DNA of 64,000 bases, from assembly GCA_964016885.1 (NCBI GenBank), contig OZ024746.1, positions 69,626,001-69,690,000 of the forward strand, given 5' to 3'. Of this stretch, positions 39,206-56,900 are shown one piece after another; within the stretch, counting starts at the first letter, position 1; each line of letters begins with the position of its first letter. Both the position numbers and the translations under genes were made by a program. The notes beneath the pieces are model-generated. The model was not told the origin of the DNA. It did not search any database and saw nothing but the letters and a program-made list of their open reading frames with translations. Source of the stretch: Eledone cirrhosa (Eukaryota).

Positions 39206-39930
39206 AAAATGGAACGGGAACAAAACAGAGAGGCAGTACGAATAAAGGTTTATTAGATATATATATGTGTGTGTATATATATATATATATAGTGTTAGTA
39301 TCATAAATAAGAGACAGTTTAATTTGTACATTTTATTACAGCATTCCTTTATACGTATATATACGTATATATACATACATAAACATGTTATTTACAGTTG
39401 TATAAAAAAGAAGTATAATTGTTTTTACTTTTGGCACAAGGCCAGCAATTATCCCAGTATATTAGTGGTACTTTATTATATATAATATATATAATACGAC
39501 ATTCCTCTCTCTCTCTCTTACTCTGCCTTTTTAGATAGATACATAGCTATAACGTCGCGCGCTTATAATATCTGTCTGTATGTCTGCCTGTCTGCATTGA
39601 CTTCGCTTCTAACCAACTTTTAATTATTTTATATATATATATATATAATTATATATTCGTGTACATATTTTCAACAGTAATACTATACTATACATTTACA
39701 ACAGTAATACTATACTATATGTTTTCAGCAGTCATGCTATACTATACTATACTATATATTTTCAATAGTAATACTATACTATATATTTTCAACAGTAATA
39801 CTATACTACACAGAGGCTTATCGTCTGTTTATCCAAGCGAAGCTAGGTACGTCAGCTATATATATATATATATATGGATCCCGTGGAACACGCCAATGGT
39901 AGTCAGGCGCCAGCCGGACGGGCCAGCTAG
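38768..39930 (+). mobile_element. Probable non-autonomous Helitron with internal microsatellites and a ~100-bp internal duplication
   Basis: A|TCTATACTAATAAAG start. Candidate 3' ends CCAAGCGAAGCTAGG..CAGCTA (39833-39858) and CCGGACGGGCCAGCTAG|T (39930). 38977-39079 is repeated at 39496-39598. Confidence 0.5.
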
Positions 39931-40158
39931 TATATATATATATATATATTGGGAAATGTGTGAAATCCTTGGTACAGTTAGATATATTTGAAAAAAGGAA
40001 AAGAATGACTTCACCTGTAGTTCTAAACAAAGTTAACCAGGAATCTTTAAAAATCTTCCCACCGAAGTTAACAAACAACTTGCTAGATTACCATGTTATA
40101 ATATAAAATTAAATCAAATTGTTTAGAGCCACAAGTAAAGTCATTCTTTTCCTTTTTT

Positions 40159-40281
<123 letters not shown>

Positions 40282-41173
40282 AGAGAGAAGGGTGAAAAAA
40301 GAGAAAGAGAGAGAGAGAGCATGTATTTTCTGATACTTGTGTAACTACTTTAAAAAACTTGAGAAAAGTCATCATGAAATTCGGTCATAGTTCCTTTTGA
40401 AACCGGCATTATTTATAGTTGGTGGTGGTGGTGGTGGTTGTGGTGGAGGTGGTGATGACGATGATGGCTGCCCCTTCAGTATCAAGTATGACCATTGCAC
40501 GATATTCCATTATTAATAATTATTAATTAATGCTATCGTGCAATGCCTGAGCGTGAAGATATTTTTTAAAGCGAGGAAAGACTGTGCACTGAGCCAATCC
40601 CATTCTCTGAGCGACAGTAGCTATAACCCGAAAAGAAGAAAAGATCAACATCATCGGTAACTACTGAGCCGCAGGTTTTATGTCGGAGTTATCACAGTTT
40701 CCTGAGTTGCCTTCTCCTAGAAGAATGCCCTGACAAAGGCCAGGGGTCCTTCACTCCCAGTGGTTTAACTGTGCGATTGGGTATCCAGCCCGATTATTTC
40801 AATGTCCCCGCGCATATATATATATATGTCCCCGCACATATATACATATGTATACTTGCATATACATATGCATATATACATATAAACACATGCATATAGG
40901 TATATACATATTTACACATTTTTGGATGGCCATTGACTCTTATGAGTTCTTCCGCTCTTTGTCAGGTTTTGTTTTTTGTCCTGCAGGGTGTCCAAAATCA
41001 CCCTCCTCACCAAGTAAACTTGGTGGGGTTGCCAGTTTAGTCACCGACGACCCGACCATGCGACAGGTTGTACTGGGTTACATGTTACTAGTAGCACTCG
41101 AGAGTGACCTGTCATACATACATACATACATACATACATACATACATACATACATACATACATACATACATAC

Positions 41174-41500
41174 AAGAGAAGGAGGACATCTACGGACCAT
41201 TGATGGGGAGTTTTCAGATCCAGTATCCAAGGTACACCTTCAGCTTCATACCCATTATTAAGGGAGCTACAGGTTATATACCAACCCGCTTGGACCAAAG
41301 TATGACTGAACTTGGATTTGTGGACAAAAAGCGCAGCTCCTTAATACATAGACTACAAATGGCTGCGATGGTTGGCACCTTCAAAATTTGCAAAACATTC
41401 TTACGATTCAAGGGATGACAATTTCTTTTCTTTTCTTTTACAACCTTACTACCAGGAAGGTGGCCAGTCAAAAATGTACTCGAAAGCAAGAGAAAGAGAA
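41174..41500 (+). mobile_element. 3' end of a restriction-like-endonuclease LINE
   Basis: EKEDIY..FIPIIKGATGYI..LQMAAMVGTFKI resembles the C-terminus at 5230-5474. Preceded by (CATA)n at 41113-41173. Confidence 0.65.
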
Positions 41501-41611
41501 ACATACATATATACGTACATGCATGCACACATGCATACGTACGTACATACATACGTACGTAGATACATACGTATACTTAGAGAGAAAGAGAGATGGGGGG
41601 GGGGGTAAGGA

Positions 41612-41673
<62 letters not shown>

Positions 41674-42052
41674 TATATTTTTGTGTATGATATGTTTGTT
41701 TATGATTGTGTGTGAAGGCACCCTTGACTCATCGTGTGTGAGAAATACAGCGGTATATGGGTGTGTCAATGTTTGTATACATGTGTGTTAGAGTGTGCGT
41801 TAGTCTGTGTCAGTGCGTGCGTCAATGTGCGCCTATGGGTGTGTCAGTATGTACTTCAATGTGTGCATGTGTGTCAGTGATGTGTTAGTGTGCGTGTCAG
41901 TGTATGAAGTGGGCGTGTGTTTCACTGAATCACAAAGAAAACTACTTGATTATGCTCATCTTTCGTTCTCACATCTACCATTGTTTCCTTCCTCCTGCGC
42001 TATAAACAGATAGCCCCAGCAGCAACACCAGCCCAGAAACTAAAGACCAGAT

Positions 42053-42628
42053 TATAGTGTTCTATAGTGTTCTATAGTGTCCTATAGTGTTCTATAATGT
42101 TCTATAGTGTCCTATAGTGTTCTATAGCGTTCTATAATGTTATATAATGTTCTATAATGTTCTATAATGTTCTACAGTGTTCTGTATTATTGTTATTGTT
42201 GTGTATTGTTCTGTACTGTACTATAGTGTTATGTCGTGTTCTATAATTTATGTAGTGTTCTATAATTTATGTAGTGTTCTATAATGTTCTGTTGTATTCT
42301 GCAATGTTCTGTAGTATTATGTGTATTCTATAGTGTTCTGTGGGGTTCTATAGTGTTCTATAGTGTTTCGTAGTGTTTTATAGTGTTCGGTAATGTTCTA
42401 TGGTGTTCTGTGGTGTTTTGTGGCATTCTGTGGCGTTCTATAATGTTCTATAATGTTCTGTGGTGTCCTGTAATGTTCTATAGTGTTATGTGACGTTCTA
42501 TAACTATCTGTAGTTTTCTATAGTATTCTATAGTGTTCTATAATGTTCCATAGTGCCCTGTAGTGTTCTATAGTGTCATGTGGCATTCTATAATGATCTG
42601 TAGTGTTCTATAGTGTTCTACAATGTTC
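42053..42628. repeat. Degenerate 10-bp satellite (TTCTATAGTG)n
   Basis: Seen directly. Confidence 0.92.
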
Positions 42629-42764
42629 CTGTTTGCGAAGAATCATTAAAAGGAGCTCTATTGCCGAATCGGTAAATTATCGGACAAACGATACACGTAT
42701 TCCATTATGTTCATAGCATTATGCACTATAGCACCACGTCTAATGCGATGTGACGGTGACGACG

Positions 42765-43620
42765 TCAAATGATGTTCTTTATCATCACCAACAGAAAACC
42801 ACCCTTCAATATGCACACTACACCTTCGGGTGGTTTTCTGCTAGCATGTGTAGTGTGCATATTGATATTAGCCTCACCATCACCCGAGGTAACATTGCGA
42901 GTGTGCTGGCTTGCCTCAAAAATCATTAGAGAGGTTGCCCAGTACTCCTCGCTGCTCTCTTTTGCTCTGGTGGTGGCTCGGTTGTTCACCCATTCCTTTA
43001 CATTTTCTTTAATATTGCAACATTGAAGGAATATATCCTTCTGACAGAATCGCGAGCAATTTATAATGTTATCTAAACATTTGTAATGTTATTTATGTAT
43101 ATATTCAAAACATATTAGTTATGTTATTCTACTGTAAATTAATGTATATGCTTTGTATATATCATATGTGTTCATATTTTCACTCCCATTTGTAACGTTA
43201 TTTAATAAAATAAAAATATATAAGCATGTACACATAAAATAAAATCGTAATTGACAATATACACAGAAATTGAACGAAGACTGCGTTACACTCTCTTATG
43301 TAATCAGTAATGTAATCCATGATACATTAAAAAAAGACGATATTATATATAAACTGCATTAGGAGATAATTAGTGACGGAAATATACGAATGTTTATTTA
43401 AGCGATCGCTAACCAGAAGTGTTGGCATTTGAAAATTTTAAAGAAATTAATCTTTAAATAAACAATAAAATATATTTAATCAACAGCTACGAAATTTAGT
43501 AGATAAATTATGTAATATTCATTCATTATTTATTCAAAGTAATCCAACTTATTTTACTAACTGGATTAAAAGAAATAAACCGTACACAGTCCCGCACTCC
43601 TTACTTTATTATAGTTTAGA
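42765..43620 (-). mobile_element. Probable Helitron 5' fragment
   Basis: Minus strand A|TCTAAACTATAATAAAG. 43410-43460 (-) matches 38910-38975 (AAATTTTCAAATG.CAACACTTC.GGTT). Confidence 0.5.
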
Positions 43621-43844
43621 TAACGATGATGAAAATGACGATGGCGATGATGTCATCATCATCAACGATAGTAGTGACATCTGTAATAACACATGCTGAT
43701 AACAGCTTTAATAACAGTTTTAATAACAGTTTTGATAACAGACGTTAATAGCATATGTTGATAATAATTGATAACAGTGTTGATAACAGTTTAATAACAG
43801 TTTTTAATAACAGTTTTAACAACAGTTTTGATAACATATGTGAT

Positions 43845-44401
43845 AGCATAGAATAGACAACAGATATCAATATATCAATAAAAATATTAAAAATATTAAA
43901 AATATTAAAAAATATTAAAAAATATTAAAAAATATTTAAAAATATAATTAAAACGCCAAGAAAATTCCCAGAGTATCTCGGGCCGTAATAAAACACAGTA
44001 TGCCCCGCATATCAACCACAGAAATCTACCCTTCAAATTTATTTGACAATATATTGCCAAGTTCATTAGAAGCATCAGAATCAAAAGCAAACAAAACCAA
44101 AATTATTCACCAAATCCTGTCTAGCAGAAATCATTCCAAAAGTTTAGGATACCCATTTGATCTACAGATGGTCTTATATTTATTATAGAAGTTTATCTAG
44201 TGTAAAATTTATTCGATATATTTGGAGCATCATCTTTTAGGGTAGTTTAATTATTCATGAAGAATGTTTAAAAAAAAGAAATCGAAAGCGTTTTAATTAT
44301 ATATTTTTTAATATTTTTTAATATTTTTTAATATTTTTTAATATTTTTAATATTTTTAATATTTTTATTGATATATTGATATCTGTTGTCTATTCTATGC
44401 T
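43845..44401. mobile_element. Foldback/MITE with ~110-bp terminal inverted repeats
   Basis: AGCATAGAATAGACAACAGATATCAATATATCAAT(AAAAATATT)n..AATTAAAACGC, with its reverse complement at 44289-44401. Confidence 0.85.
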
Positions 44402-45061
44402 TAAACGATAATCATGTAGAGTAAAGGCAAGAATATTATTGTTAAAATTAATGTAGATTCTATATATATCTGTGTGTATGTACACATATATGTATACTAG
44501 AATTTTTATAGCACAATGAGAATGTTTTCATGTGAAATAAGAATTTGCAGAGTTGATCACGTAAATTCACATGGATGTCTATAGTGTCGAATCTGGGATA
44601 ACCTTCTATTTTCTTTTCTTTTTTCATGAAAGTGCATATATACTTATGTATTTCAATTTTTTTTGAAGTTTTATCTTAGTTCTGATTATAAACCTAAGAA
44701 TTTTAAACTAGACATATGATCATTATTTTTCACACATTATTGATACGTGTCTAATTCATGAATACTGATATTTACACTATAATACCTAATTCATACGAAT
44801 TGATATTTTAGATTGATGAAACATAATGTTTCAAATCTGCCTCGTTTATCTCTGGATATTTTTCTTTTCTCTCTATGTAACGGCTGTTTTCTCTCCTAAC
44901 CACATATCTATCTCTACCTTAATACTATAACTAAATAAATAAATAAATAAATAAATAAATATATCATTGATACGTCATTCAACTGGTGCCCAACTACCTA
45001 TTTTTCTCTCTCTCTATCTCTATCTATCTCTCTCTATTTTTTTTTCTCTCTCTCTCCCTTT

Positions 45062-45096
<35 letters not shown>

Positions 45097-45354
45097 CTGT
45101 TTTTTCTCTCTCTATCTATCTCTCTCTGTTTTTTCTTTACATGAATTTCTTCTCTCTATCTATCTCTCTATATCTATCTCTCTCTGTTTTTCCTTACATG
45201 CATTTCTTCTTTTTCTTCGTTTTCTTTCTTTCTTTCTTTTCTTTTTTTTCTCTATAACTGTCCCTAACATTTTTCACTACCAAATCAACTTTTTAAATGG
45301 AAGTTGAAGTGTAAAGTATGTCAAATCTATCTATTTATAAGACTGTTTATATTG

Positions 45355-45420
45355 TATTTTGTCTGATGAAGGCATACCATATTTTTAACATGATATCCCT
45401 GAAATATATATAATGAAATA
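45355..45420 (+). ncRNA. Type I hammerhead motif (same family as 51017-51082)
   Basis: TATTTTGT-CTGATGA-A-GGCATACCAT..ATGATATCC..-GAAA-TATATA-TA-ATGAAATA. Confidence 0.6.
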
Positions 45421-45461
45421 AATATGGTTTTATAAATATAGTTTCCATTTATTTAATATCG

Positions 45462-48530
<3,069 letters not shown>

Positions 48531-48595
48531 TCCCGAGTTCAAACAGGGGTAACTGCAGTCAGTAAGGTACTCAAATATATAGCAGAGTATACATT

Positions 48596-48798
48596 TTTAA
48601 TATAGAAATGGCTTCTACAGGACTAGAACTGTTTCATTCGAAGGCAATCATCAGGAAAGCCGACTGTCAATGTGATATGGTGGTATATATATATACAGAA
48701 AATGTATATATACCAACATATCACATTAACAGTCAGCTTTCCTGATGATTTCCTTCGAATGAAATAGTTCTAGTCCTGTAGTTCATTTCTATATTAAA
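48596..48798. mobile_element. Foldback element with CTGATGA..GAAA in each arm; relative at 53684-53880
   Basis: ~95-bp arms. Shares CTACAGGACTAGAACTGTTTCATTC and flanking sequence with 53684-53880. Confidence 0.8.
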
Positions 48799-48799
48799 G

Positions 48800-49214
48800 C
48801 GACTACACAGCTTTCTGTACCCTAAATTAGATATCATAGATACAGCAGAGCCTTTGCTCACCTTTAGTGAACTTGCTAAGTCTTGAATTTTTATCCTCCT
48901 GTCGTCACGAATGAATTGTTCACGTTGCACTGCTTTTTTGTCTGAAATCTCCGTTGGTCTGCCACTTTTTGTATTATCGTCCTCAACACATGTACGACCA
49001 TTTTTGAATTGCCGAAGCCAATAATATACTGTTGCCTTTGATGGACAGGGGTCGATAAAATAAAGTACCAGTAATGCACTGGGTAATTGCTGGCCTTGTG
49101 CCTAAAGTAGAAACAATTATTATATACTTTCATCATATCCTTGAGAGTTTCCTCAGGTGTTTTTCCAAGTAGAAAGTAGAATTTTATTACACTTCTGTAT
49201 TCAATTGATGTCAT
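48800..49214 (-). pseudogene. Mariner transposase N-terminal (HTH) fragment, interrupted by a SINE 3' piece (49047-49120)
   Basis: EYRSVIKFYFLLGKTPEET..KVY, YYWLRQFKNGRTCVEDD..SGRP, IRDDRRIKI..LA..L.VSKGS..I..LGYRKLCSR. Confidence 0.85.
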
Positions 49215-49414
49215 ATTTTAATTTATTGGCCAACCAATGTACACAAAATTATGACGTATTAAAACAAACTTTTCTTTACTAGTATTGAATGTATTTTCAA
49301 ATAAAATTCGTTTGAATATTCTAGCTTTTTCTTTACATACAGAGTATTAGAGAATATTGACCCGACTACGTATATGTATAGAACTTAAAACGATAAGTTC
49401 TCGTATATGTATAC

Positions 49415-49469
<55 letters not shown>

Positions 49470-49476
<7 letters not shown>

Positions 49477-49727
49477 GTTTCTACTTTTGGCACAAGGCCA
49501 GCAATTACCCAGTGTATTACTGGTACTTTTATTTTTTCGACCCCGTAAGGATGAAAGGCAAAGTTAACCTCAGCGGGATTTGAACTCAGAATGGCAAGGG
49601 CCGCAACTCTATGCGTTAAAGCATGGCGCCCGACCCTCTACCGGTACTGCCAATCCACTGCCCTTTAATAATTGTTTCTACTTTTGGCACAAGGCCAGCA
49701 ATTACTCAGTGCATTACTGGTACTTTA
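49470..49727 (-). mobile_element. Full SINE plus a tandem SINE tail
   Basis: Reverse complement of the family. Confidence 0.88.
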
Positions 49728-49822
49728 TAGAATTTAAATAAGAGACTAGCTCCTTAAAAGATGCACAATTATTTGGAGATGCACTGGTAATTCCTGAGGG
49801 GAAATAATGATATATATATATC

Positions 49823-50762
49823 ATTTTGATACTGGCTGGAGTGCTCCAGGGATATACATTGGCTCCCTACCTTTTTATCATCGTAGTGGACTATTGTATG
49901 CGCCTTGCACTGGAGAAACACCAGGACTCTGGCTTTACTGTAGCACCGGCTCAGAGCAGGAGAGTTGGGGCGAAAAAGGTATCGGATGCTGAATTTGCCG
50001 ACGACATAGTTTTGGTGACAAATACAGTGAAGGAGGCAGAGGATTTGATGCGGGAGGTTGAGACTGTGTCGATGAGTGTGGGGCTGAGAATGAATGAGAC
50101 TAAAACAAAATATCTGGTAGAGAATGTTGAGAAGCCAGAGGGGATCACTAATGTAGGCGGGAAGCCGCTGGAATTGGTTGAGGACTTCCTGTATTTGGGA
50201 GCAAAGATTGGGAATACGGAGGATGATGTGGTTGAGAGGAAGAGCAAGGCCTGGGCGGCGTGCCACAGCTTGAGATCGGTGTGGAAGTCGGACCTTCGTA
50301 GAGACCTGAAAATCCGCCTCTTCATTGCTGTAGTGGAGTCTGTGCTGCTGTATGGGTCTGAGACTTGGACACTGACCAAGAAACTCACTCAGATGGTGGA
50401 TGGGTGCTACACGAGAATGTTGAGGATGGCTCTGAACATTAATCAGTATACACTGAGGATGAAAAACTCAGAGCTGTATGGGAGCATCCCAAGAGTCAGC
50501 TCAAAAGTGACACAGAGGAGACTGAGGTTGGCTGGACATGCTCACCGACATCCAGAGTTGACATTGCACTCAGTGCTCCTTTGGGAGCCCCTACATGGAC
50601 ACACTAGAAGAGGAAGACCAAGGTTAACATATGTTGATGCCCTAAGGACAGACACTGGTCTGTTGGAGATGCAGGATATGGCAGCAATAATGAGGGACAG
50701 AGACCGCTGGAGAGAACTCGTCCATGGATCTCGGGAATTTTACCCGCCTTAGATAGATAGAT
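49823..50762 (+). mobile_element. 5'-truncated RTE-clade LINE (RT C-terminal half), open frame to the stop at 50752, (TAGA)n tail
   Basis: GVLQGYTLAPYLF, FADDIVL, VGLRMN..KTK, FLYLG, LLYGSETWTL, RRLRLAGH, RRGRPR, DR..WR. Confidence 0.9.
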
Positions 50763-50821
50763 GTATATATATCATTATATATATATATCATTATATATAT
50801 GTATATATAGAATATATATAT

Positions 50822-51082
50822 ATTCATTATATATATTTCGGGGATACCATATTAAAAATATGGCATGCCTTCTTCAGATAAAATACAATATATAAACAGT
50901 TTTATAAATAATTTTGACGTACCATAAATATTGATCAACTTTTATGTAAGAAGTTGATAAAAGTTGATCAATATTTATGGTACGTCAAAATTATTTATAA
51001 AACTGTATATATATTGTATTTTATCTGAAGAAGGCATGCCATATTTTTAATATGGTATCCCCGAAATATGTATAATGAAATA
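50822..51082. mobile_element. ~260-bp foldback with a hammerhead motif in each arm
   Basis: ~125-bp arms. The + arm (51017-51082) reads TATTTTAT-CTGAAGA-A-GGCATGCCATAT..ATATGGTATCC..-GAAA-TATGTA-TA-ATGAAATA. Confidence 0.85.
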
Positions 51083-51212
51083 AATATGGTTTTATAAACA
51101 TAGTTTCCATTTGTTTAATATCGTATATCTACTCCAAAACTTGTCGAGTGCTTTATATCAGTTATAAAATATTTACTTGTTGTAACCCAACAATTTTAAA
51201 TAAAACTTTTGC

Positions 51213-52082
<870 letters not shown>

Positions 52083-52690
52083 GAAAGTGAGGTTTTTTTT
52101 ACAAAATGAAAAATAACCGAGGTGTCCTACACGAGTGGAAGTATAAAGAAAAAGAGATGAAATCGAAAATGCAACTGAAGTCTTATTTAAAAAAAATATA
52201 TATATATTTATTTGGTTCCTTTACCGGTTTCGCAGTTCTTCTGCTTTTCAAAAGGTGAGTTGAGATGGAGGGTCTGTGGTTTTTCTCACATCTGGTTGGT
52301 CTCTAAATGTTACTTGTTTTATATGGAAAAAGTGGCTCGAAAGCCAGGTTTTTCGAGAAGTAATTTGATTGGTTTGTCAATAATTATAATAAATTTCGCG
52401 CCAGTTCGCGGTACAATAGTTCTTCAAATAAGAGAGGGGGGGTTGTCACAGGTTGTTTTTTCATATATGAGTGTTTGAATTTCTTTTTACTTGAAAAAAT
52501 GAGGCTCACGAAGGCTTTTTTTTTGTTGGTTGTAAATGAAATTTGGCTGTCACGTGAACAAGTTTTCATTACATTTTTTCGCCCTTATTTGGAAAACTAT
52601 TCTGTAGTCTTTATAGTGAATGTTATGACAATGGAGAGATAGTGGTCAAGGGAAAAGGGATTGGGAGAAATGTTCTGGTTCAGTGAATAA

Positions 52691-52792
52691 GTTTCCTTGA
52701 AATGTGTTTCCTTGAAATGTGTTTCCTTGAAATGTGTTTCCTTGAAATGTGTTTCCTTGAAATGTGTTTCCTTGAAATGTGTTTCCTTGAAA
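52691..52792. repeat. 15-bp tandem repeat (GTTTCCTTGAAATGT), about 6.8 copies
   Basis: Seen directly. Confidence 0.95.
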
Positions 52793-53018
52793 ACCCGTAT
52801 GACTCTAAAACCCGGTTTGTCTGTTTGGTTACATACAGACTAGCTGGACACTCACACTAAAATGTCCAGTGAAAAACTCAGTACATGTACATATGTATAC
52901 ATGTGTGTATTTATATGCATACTAATATTTCCGTATACATATGTAGATGTACACTTTTAACTTAATTATATATATATATATTTATATATATATATATATT
53001 TATTTATATATATATATT

Positions 53019-53052
<34 letters not shown>

Positions 53053-53110
53053 TATATATATATATATATTTATATATATATTTATATATATATATTTATA
53101 TATATATATT

Positions 53111-53165
<55 letters not shown>

Positions 53166-53188
53166 ATATTTATATATACATATATATT

Positions 53189-53219
<31 letters not shown>

Positions 53220-53228
53220 ATATTTATT

Positions 53229-53399
<171 letters not shown>

Positions 53400-53580
53400 T
53401 TGTAGGCTATTTATATATATATTTATATATTTATATATATATTTATATATATATTTATATATATATATATAAATCAAAAGTATAGAAATTATTGTGAGCA
53501 TGAAGCCAACAGTATTTCATAATATATAAGTGACTATAGCGTCAAAATGGGAAAATAATTAACGTAAGATGTGGGAAAAT

Positions 53581-53686
<106 letters not shown>

Positions 53687-53877
53687 TGAGATTCTACAGG
53701 ACTAGAACTGTTTCATTCTTTAGAAATCATCAGGAATCATCAGGTGGTTCCTGGTGATTTCTAAAGAATGAAACAGTTCTAGTCCTGTAGAATCTCATCT
53801 ATATTAAAACTTTTATACTCTGCTATGTATTGAGTACCTTACTTACTGTGGTTACCTCCGATTCAACCCTGAATATC

Positions 53878-53924
<47 letters not shown>

Positions 53925-54133
53925 AGCTCACCTGTATGGTATCAACTTGTAATACAGATACGATTAGCGGTGGTCAAAGGTGAAGGGAAAACACACAATT
54001 GAGTAATTCACTCAAGTGCTTTGTTTTCTCCCCTTAATTGGCTACTCTGACATTGGGAGATTACAGGTTTAAACTTCTTTTGAGGTTGGATACAGAAATG
54101 ATAGTCGTCCGCCACTCTTATTGACCCTGTCAT

Positions 54134-54163
54134 TACTAACTACTACTACTACTGCTGCTGCTG

Positions 54164-54214
<51 letters not shown>

Positions 54215-54255
54215 TACTGTTGTTACTACTACTACTACTACTACTCTACTGTTGT

Positions 54256-54334
<79 letters not shown>

Positions 54335-54365
54335 GTTGCTACTACTACTACTGCTACTACTACTG

Positions 54366-54397
<32 letters not shown>

Positions 54398-54995
54398 GCT
54401 ACTACTTCTTCTACTACTACTACGACTACTACTACTACTACTGCTGATGCTGCTACTGCTACTATTGCTGCTGCTGCTGGTGGTGGTGGTGGTGCTGCTG
54501 CTGCTGCTACTACTACTACTACTACTGCTGCTTCTAATGCTGCTGCTGCTACTACTACTACTGCTACTGATACTACTACTACTACTACTGTTTCTGCTAT
54601 TACTATTGCTACTACTATTGACCATATTCAACAATTAATACCACTACAACCTCCACCACTTCCACTACTACCAGCGCTGCCACTACCACTACAACCACCG
54701 CCACCACAAACACTACCATCACCATCACTACATCCACCACCACCACCACAACCAACACAACCACCACCACCAACAACAACACCACCACCATCACCACTAT
54801 CATCACCACCAACACCACCATCTTCAACAACAACACTACCACCACCACCACCATCATCACAACCAACACAACCACCACCACCACCATCAACAACAACAAC
54901 ACCATCACCTCCAACAACGACACTACCACCACCATCACAACCAAAACAACTACAACCACCACCACCATTACTACCATCGCCAACACCACCACCAA
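54134..54995. repeat. Trinucleotide repeat block (ACT/GCT, then ACC/AAC)
   Basis: Seen directly. Confidence 0.95.
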
Positions 54996-55408
54996 TGATC
55001 GTTCTGTAAAATTATCGCCCTCCTCCTTGTGCACTTTGCAACCCTGGGTTTATTCATAAGGAAATTAAACGGCCTCCGTTTAGTTGGATACTTGTGGCTC
55101 TTTTGTTAGATATAATTCAACAAAGAAATAAAGAAATCAACTAATAAAGTAAAACAAAGGACTGTGAATGAGTCAAATGTTAGTGCAACTCTCCAAAATA
55201 GATGTTAGATGTTAAGTGAAGGTACAAATTAAGAGAGTGTTAGGTCGGGAGCTGAGTTAAGTCCGGACAAATAGCAGAGTCAACTACGTGATGGTGTGCC
55301 ATTCGTAGCAGAGGCTTACCTCATTTGTCCAAATCCGTTGTGCTGTTCACATCGCCGAGACAGAAAACAGAAGTAAACACTTACTTATAACTACTACAAC
55401 AACTACTT

Positions 55409-55439
<31 letters not shown>

Positions 55440-55531
55440 TACTACTACAACTACTACTACTACTACTACTTCTACTACTACGACAACTGCACCGGTTAGG
55501 ACAGTAACAACTGACATTCTCTCAAGACAAG

Positions 55532-55751
55532 ATGCCGATGAATTTTGCCAGCTCCGCATCCAAATGGATGAAATTTGCTCTTGCTTCGCATTTCTTCGGA
55601 ACACTCATGTTTGTTGTGGGTTTTTCGACTTATGCTTGGCTCCAAGAATCTCTGAAAGGAAACTCTATTAACGTGGGACTTTGGAAAACTAGGTCCTGTG
55701 ACAGAAACGGAGGTTGCATCACATTTGATTCAGTTTCAAGCCATTCTCAAG
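55532..55751 (+). CDS. First coding exon (copy C, divergent) of a claudin/PMP22-like protein
   Basis: MPMNFASSASKWMKFALASHFFGTLMFVVGFSTYAW..GLWKTRSCDRNGGC..SVSSHSQ. Shares S.W, F..GFST..W, GLW-x4-C and VS.H with copies A and B. Donor G|GTAAAT at 55752, phase 1. Confidence 0.78.
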
Positions 55752-55771
55752 GTAAATAATAATAATAATAA

Positions 55772-56900
55772 TAATAATTGTTTCTACTTTTGGCACAAGA
55801 CCAGCAATTACCCAGTACATTACTGGTACTTTATTTTATCGACCCCGTAAGGATGAAAGGCAAAGTTAACCTCGGCGGGATTTGAACTCACACTGTAAAG
55901 GGACGTAACTATGCTGGAAAGCATGGCGTCCAACCCTCTACCGATACTGCCAATTCACCGAATAATAATAATAAATAATGATTTCATTTATTGGCCACAA
56001 GGGCCGACATGTAAATAATAATAATAATAATAATAATAATTGCTTTATTAACCACAAGGACTTGTGCGTATATACAGTAAACATTATAAACATAGCGTTG
56101 CCCCAGCGTGGCCATAGTCCGTGGTCGTAGACAGATAAGAGTAAAAGAACAAAGTTACAAAAGATAAAGTTATCGAAAACAAATGTAACGGCAAGGATGG
56201 TATACAATTGGCATAAAATTTGATAAAATACTTAACAACTATAAAAGTACTGTAAAATACAATAGGTACCAAAAAAAAACGATATAAAAATAGCCACACA
56301 CAAATAAGAAGCGACTAATTAACATAATAATTGTTTCTACTTTTGGCACAAGGCCAGCAATTATCCCAGTGTATTACTGGTACTTTATTTTATCGACCTC
56401 GTAAGGATGAAAGGCAAAGTTAACTTCGGCGGGATTTGAACTCAGAATGGCAAGGGCCATAACTCTATGCTGCAAAGCATAGTGTCTGAATAATAATAAT
56501 AGATTTTAATTTTGGCAGAAAGCCAGCAATTTAAAGAGAAAGAGGAAGTTATTTATATCGAACCCAGTACTTGATTGGTACTTTATCTTATCAATTCCGG
56601 AAGGATCAAAGGCAAAGTTAACCTCGGCAGGATTCGAACTCAGAACGCAAAGAGTCGGAACAAATGCTGCAAAGCATTTTATCAATGCTCCAACAATTCT
56701 ACCAAATCCACCGCCTTTATATAATAATTGATTCTGCTTTTGGCACAAAGCCAGTAATTTGAAGTGTGTGTGGGGGCGTCATTTAAATCAACCCCAGAGC
56801 GTTACTAGTATTTGTTTTATCGACCCCGTAAGGATGAAAGGCAAAGCTGACCTCGGCGGGATCTGAACCCAGAGCGTAAAGGGACGTAACTAAATGCTTG
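55772..56900 (-). mobile_element. Cluster of four SINE copies (55772-55960, 56325-56490, 56505-56716, 56725-56900) and tiny LINE 3' tails in (TAA)n
   Basis: Family cores on the minus strand. CCCTTGTGGCCAATAAA (-, ~55987-56003) resembles the LINE end at 15982-15998. Confidence 0.8.

Noticed and set aside
40925-41100. Possible HDV-like ribozyme around CCCTCCTCAC
   Set aside because: P3, P1 and P1.1 pairings could not be completed; probably a LINE UTR fragment.
42769-43026. Hydrophobic ORF as a candidate downstream claudin exon
   Set aside because: No claudin TM2-TM4 pattern or clear splice sites, and it lies within a probable Helitron fragment on the opposite strand.
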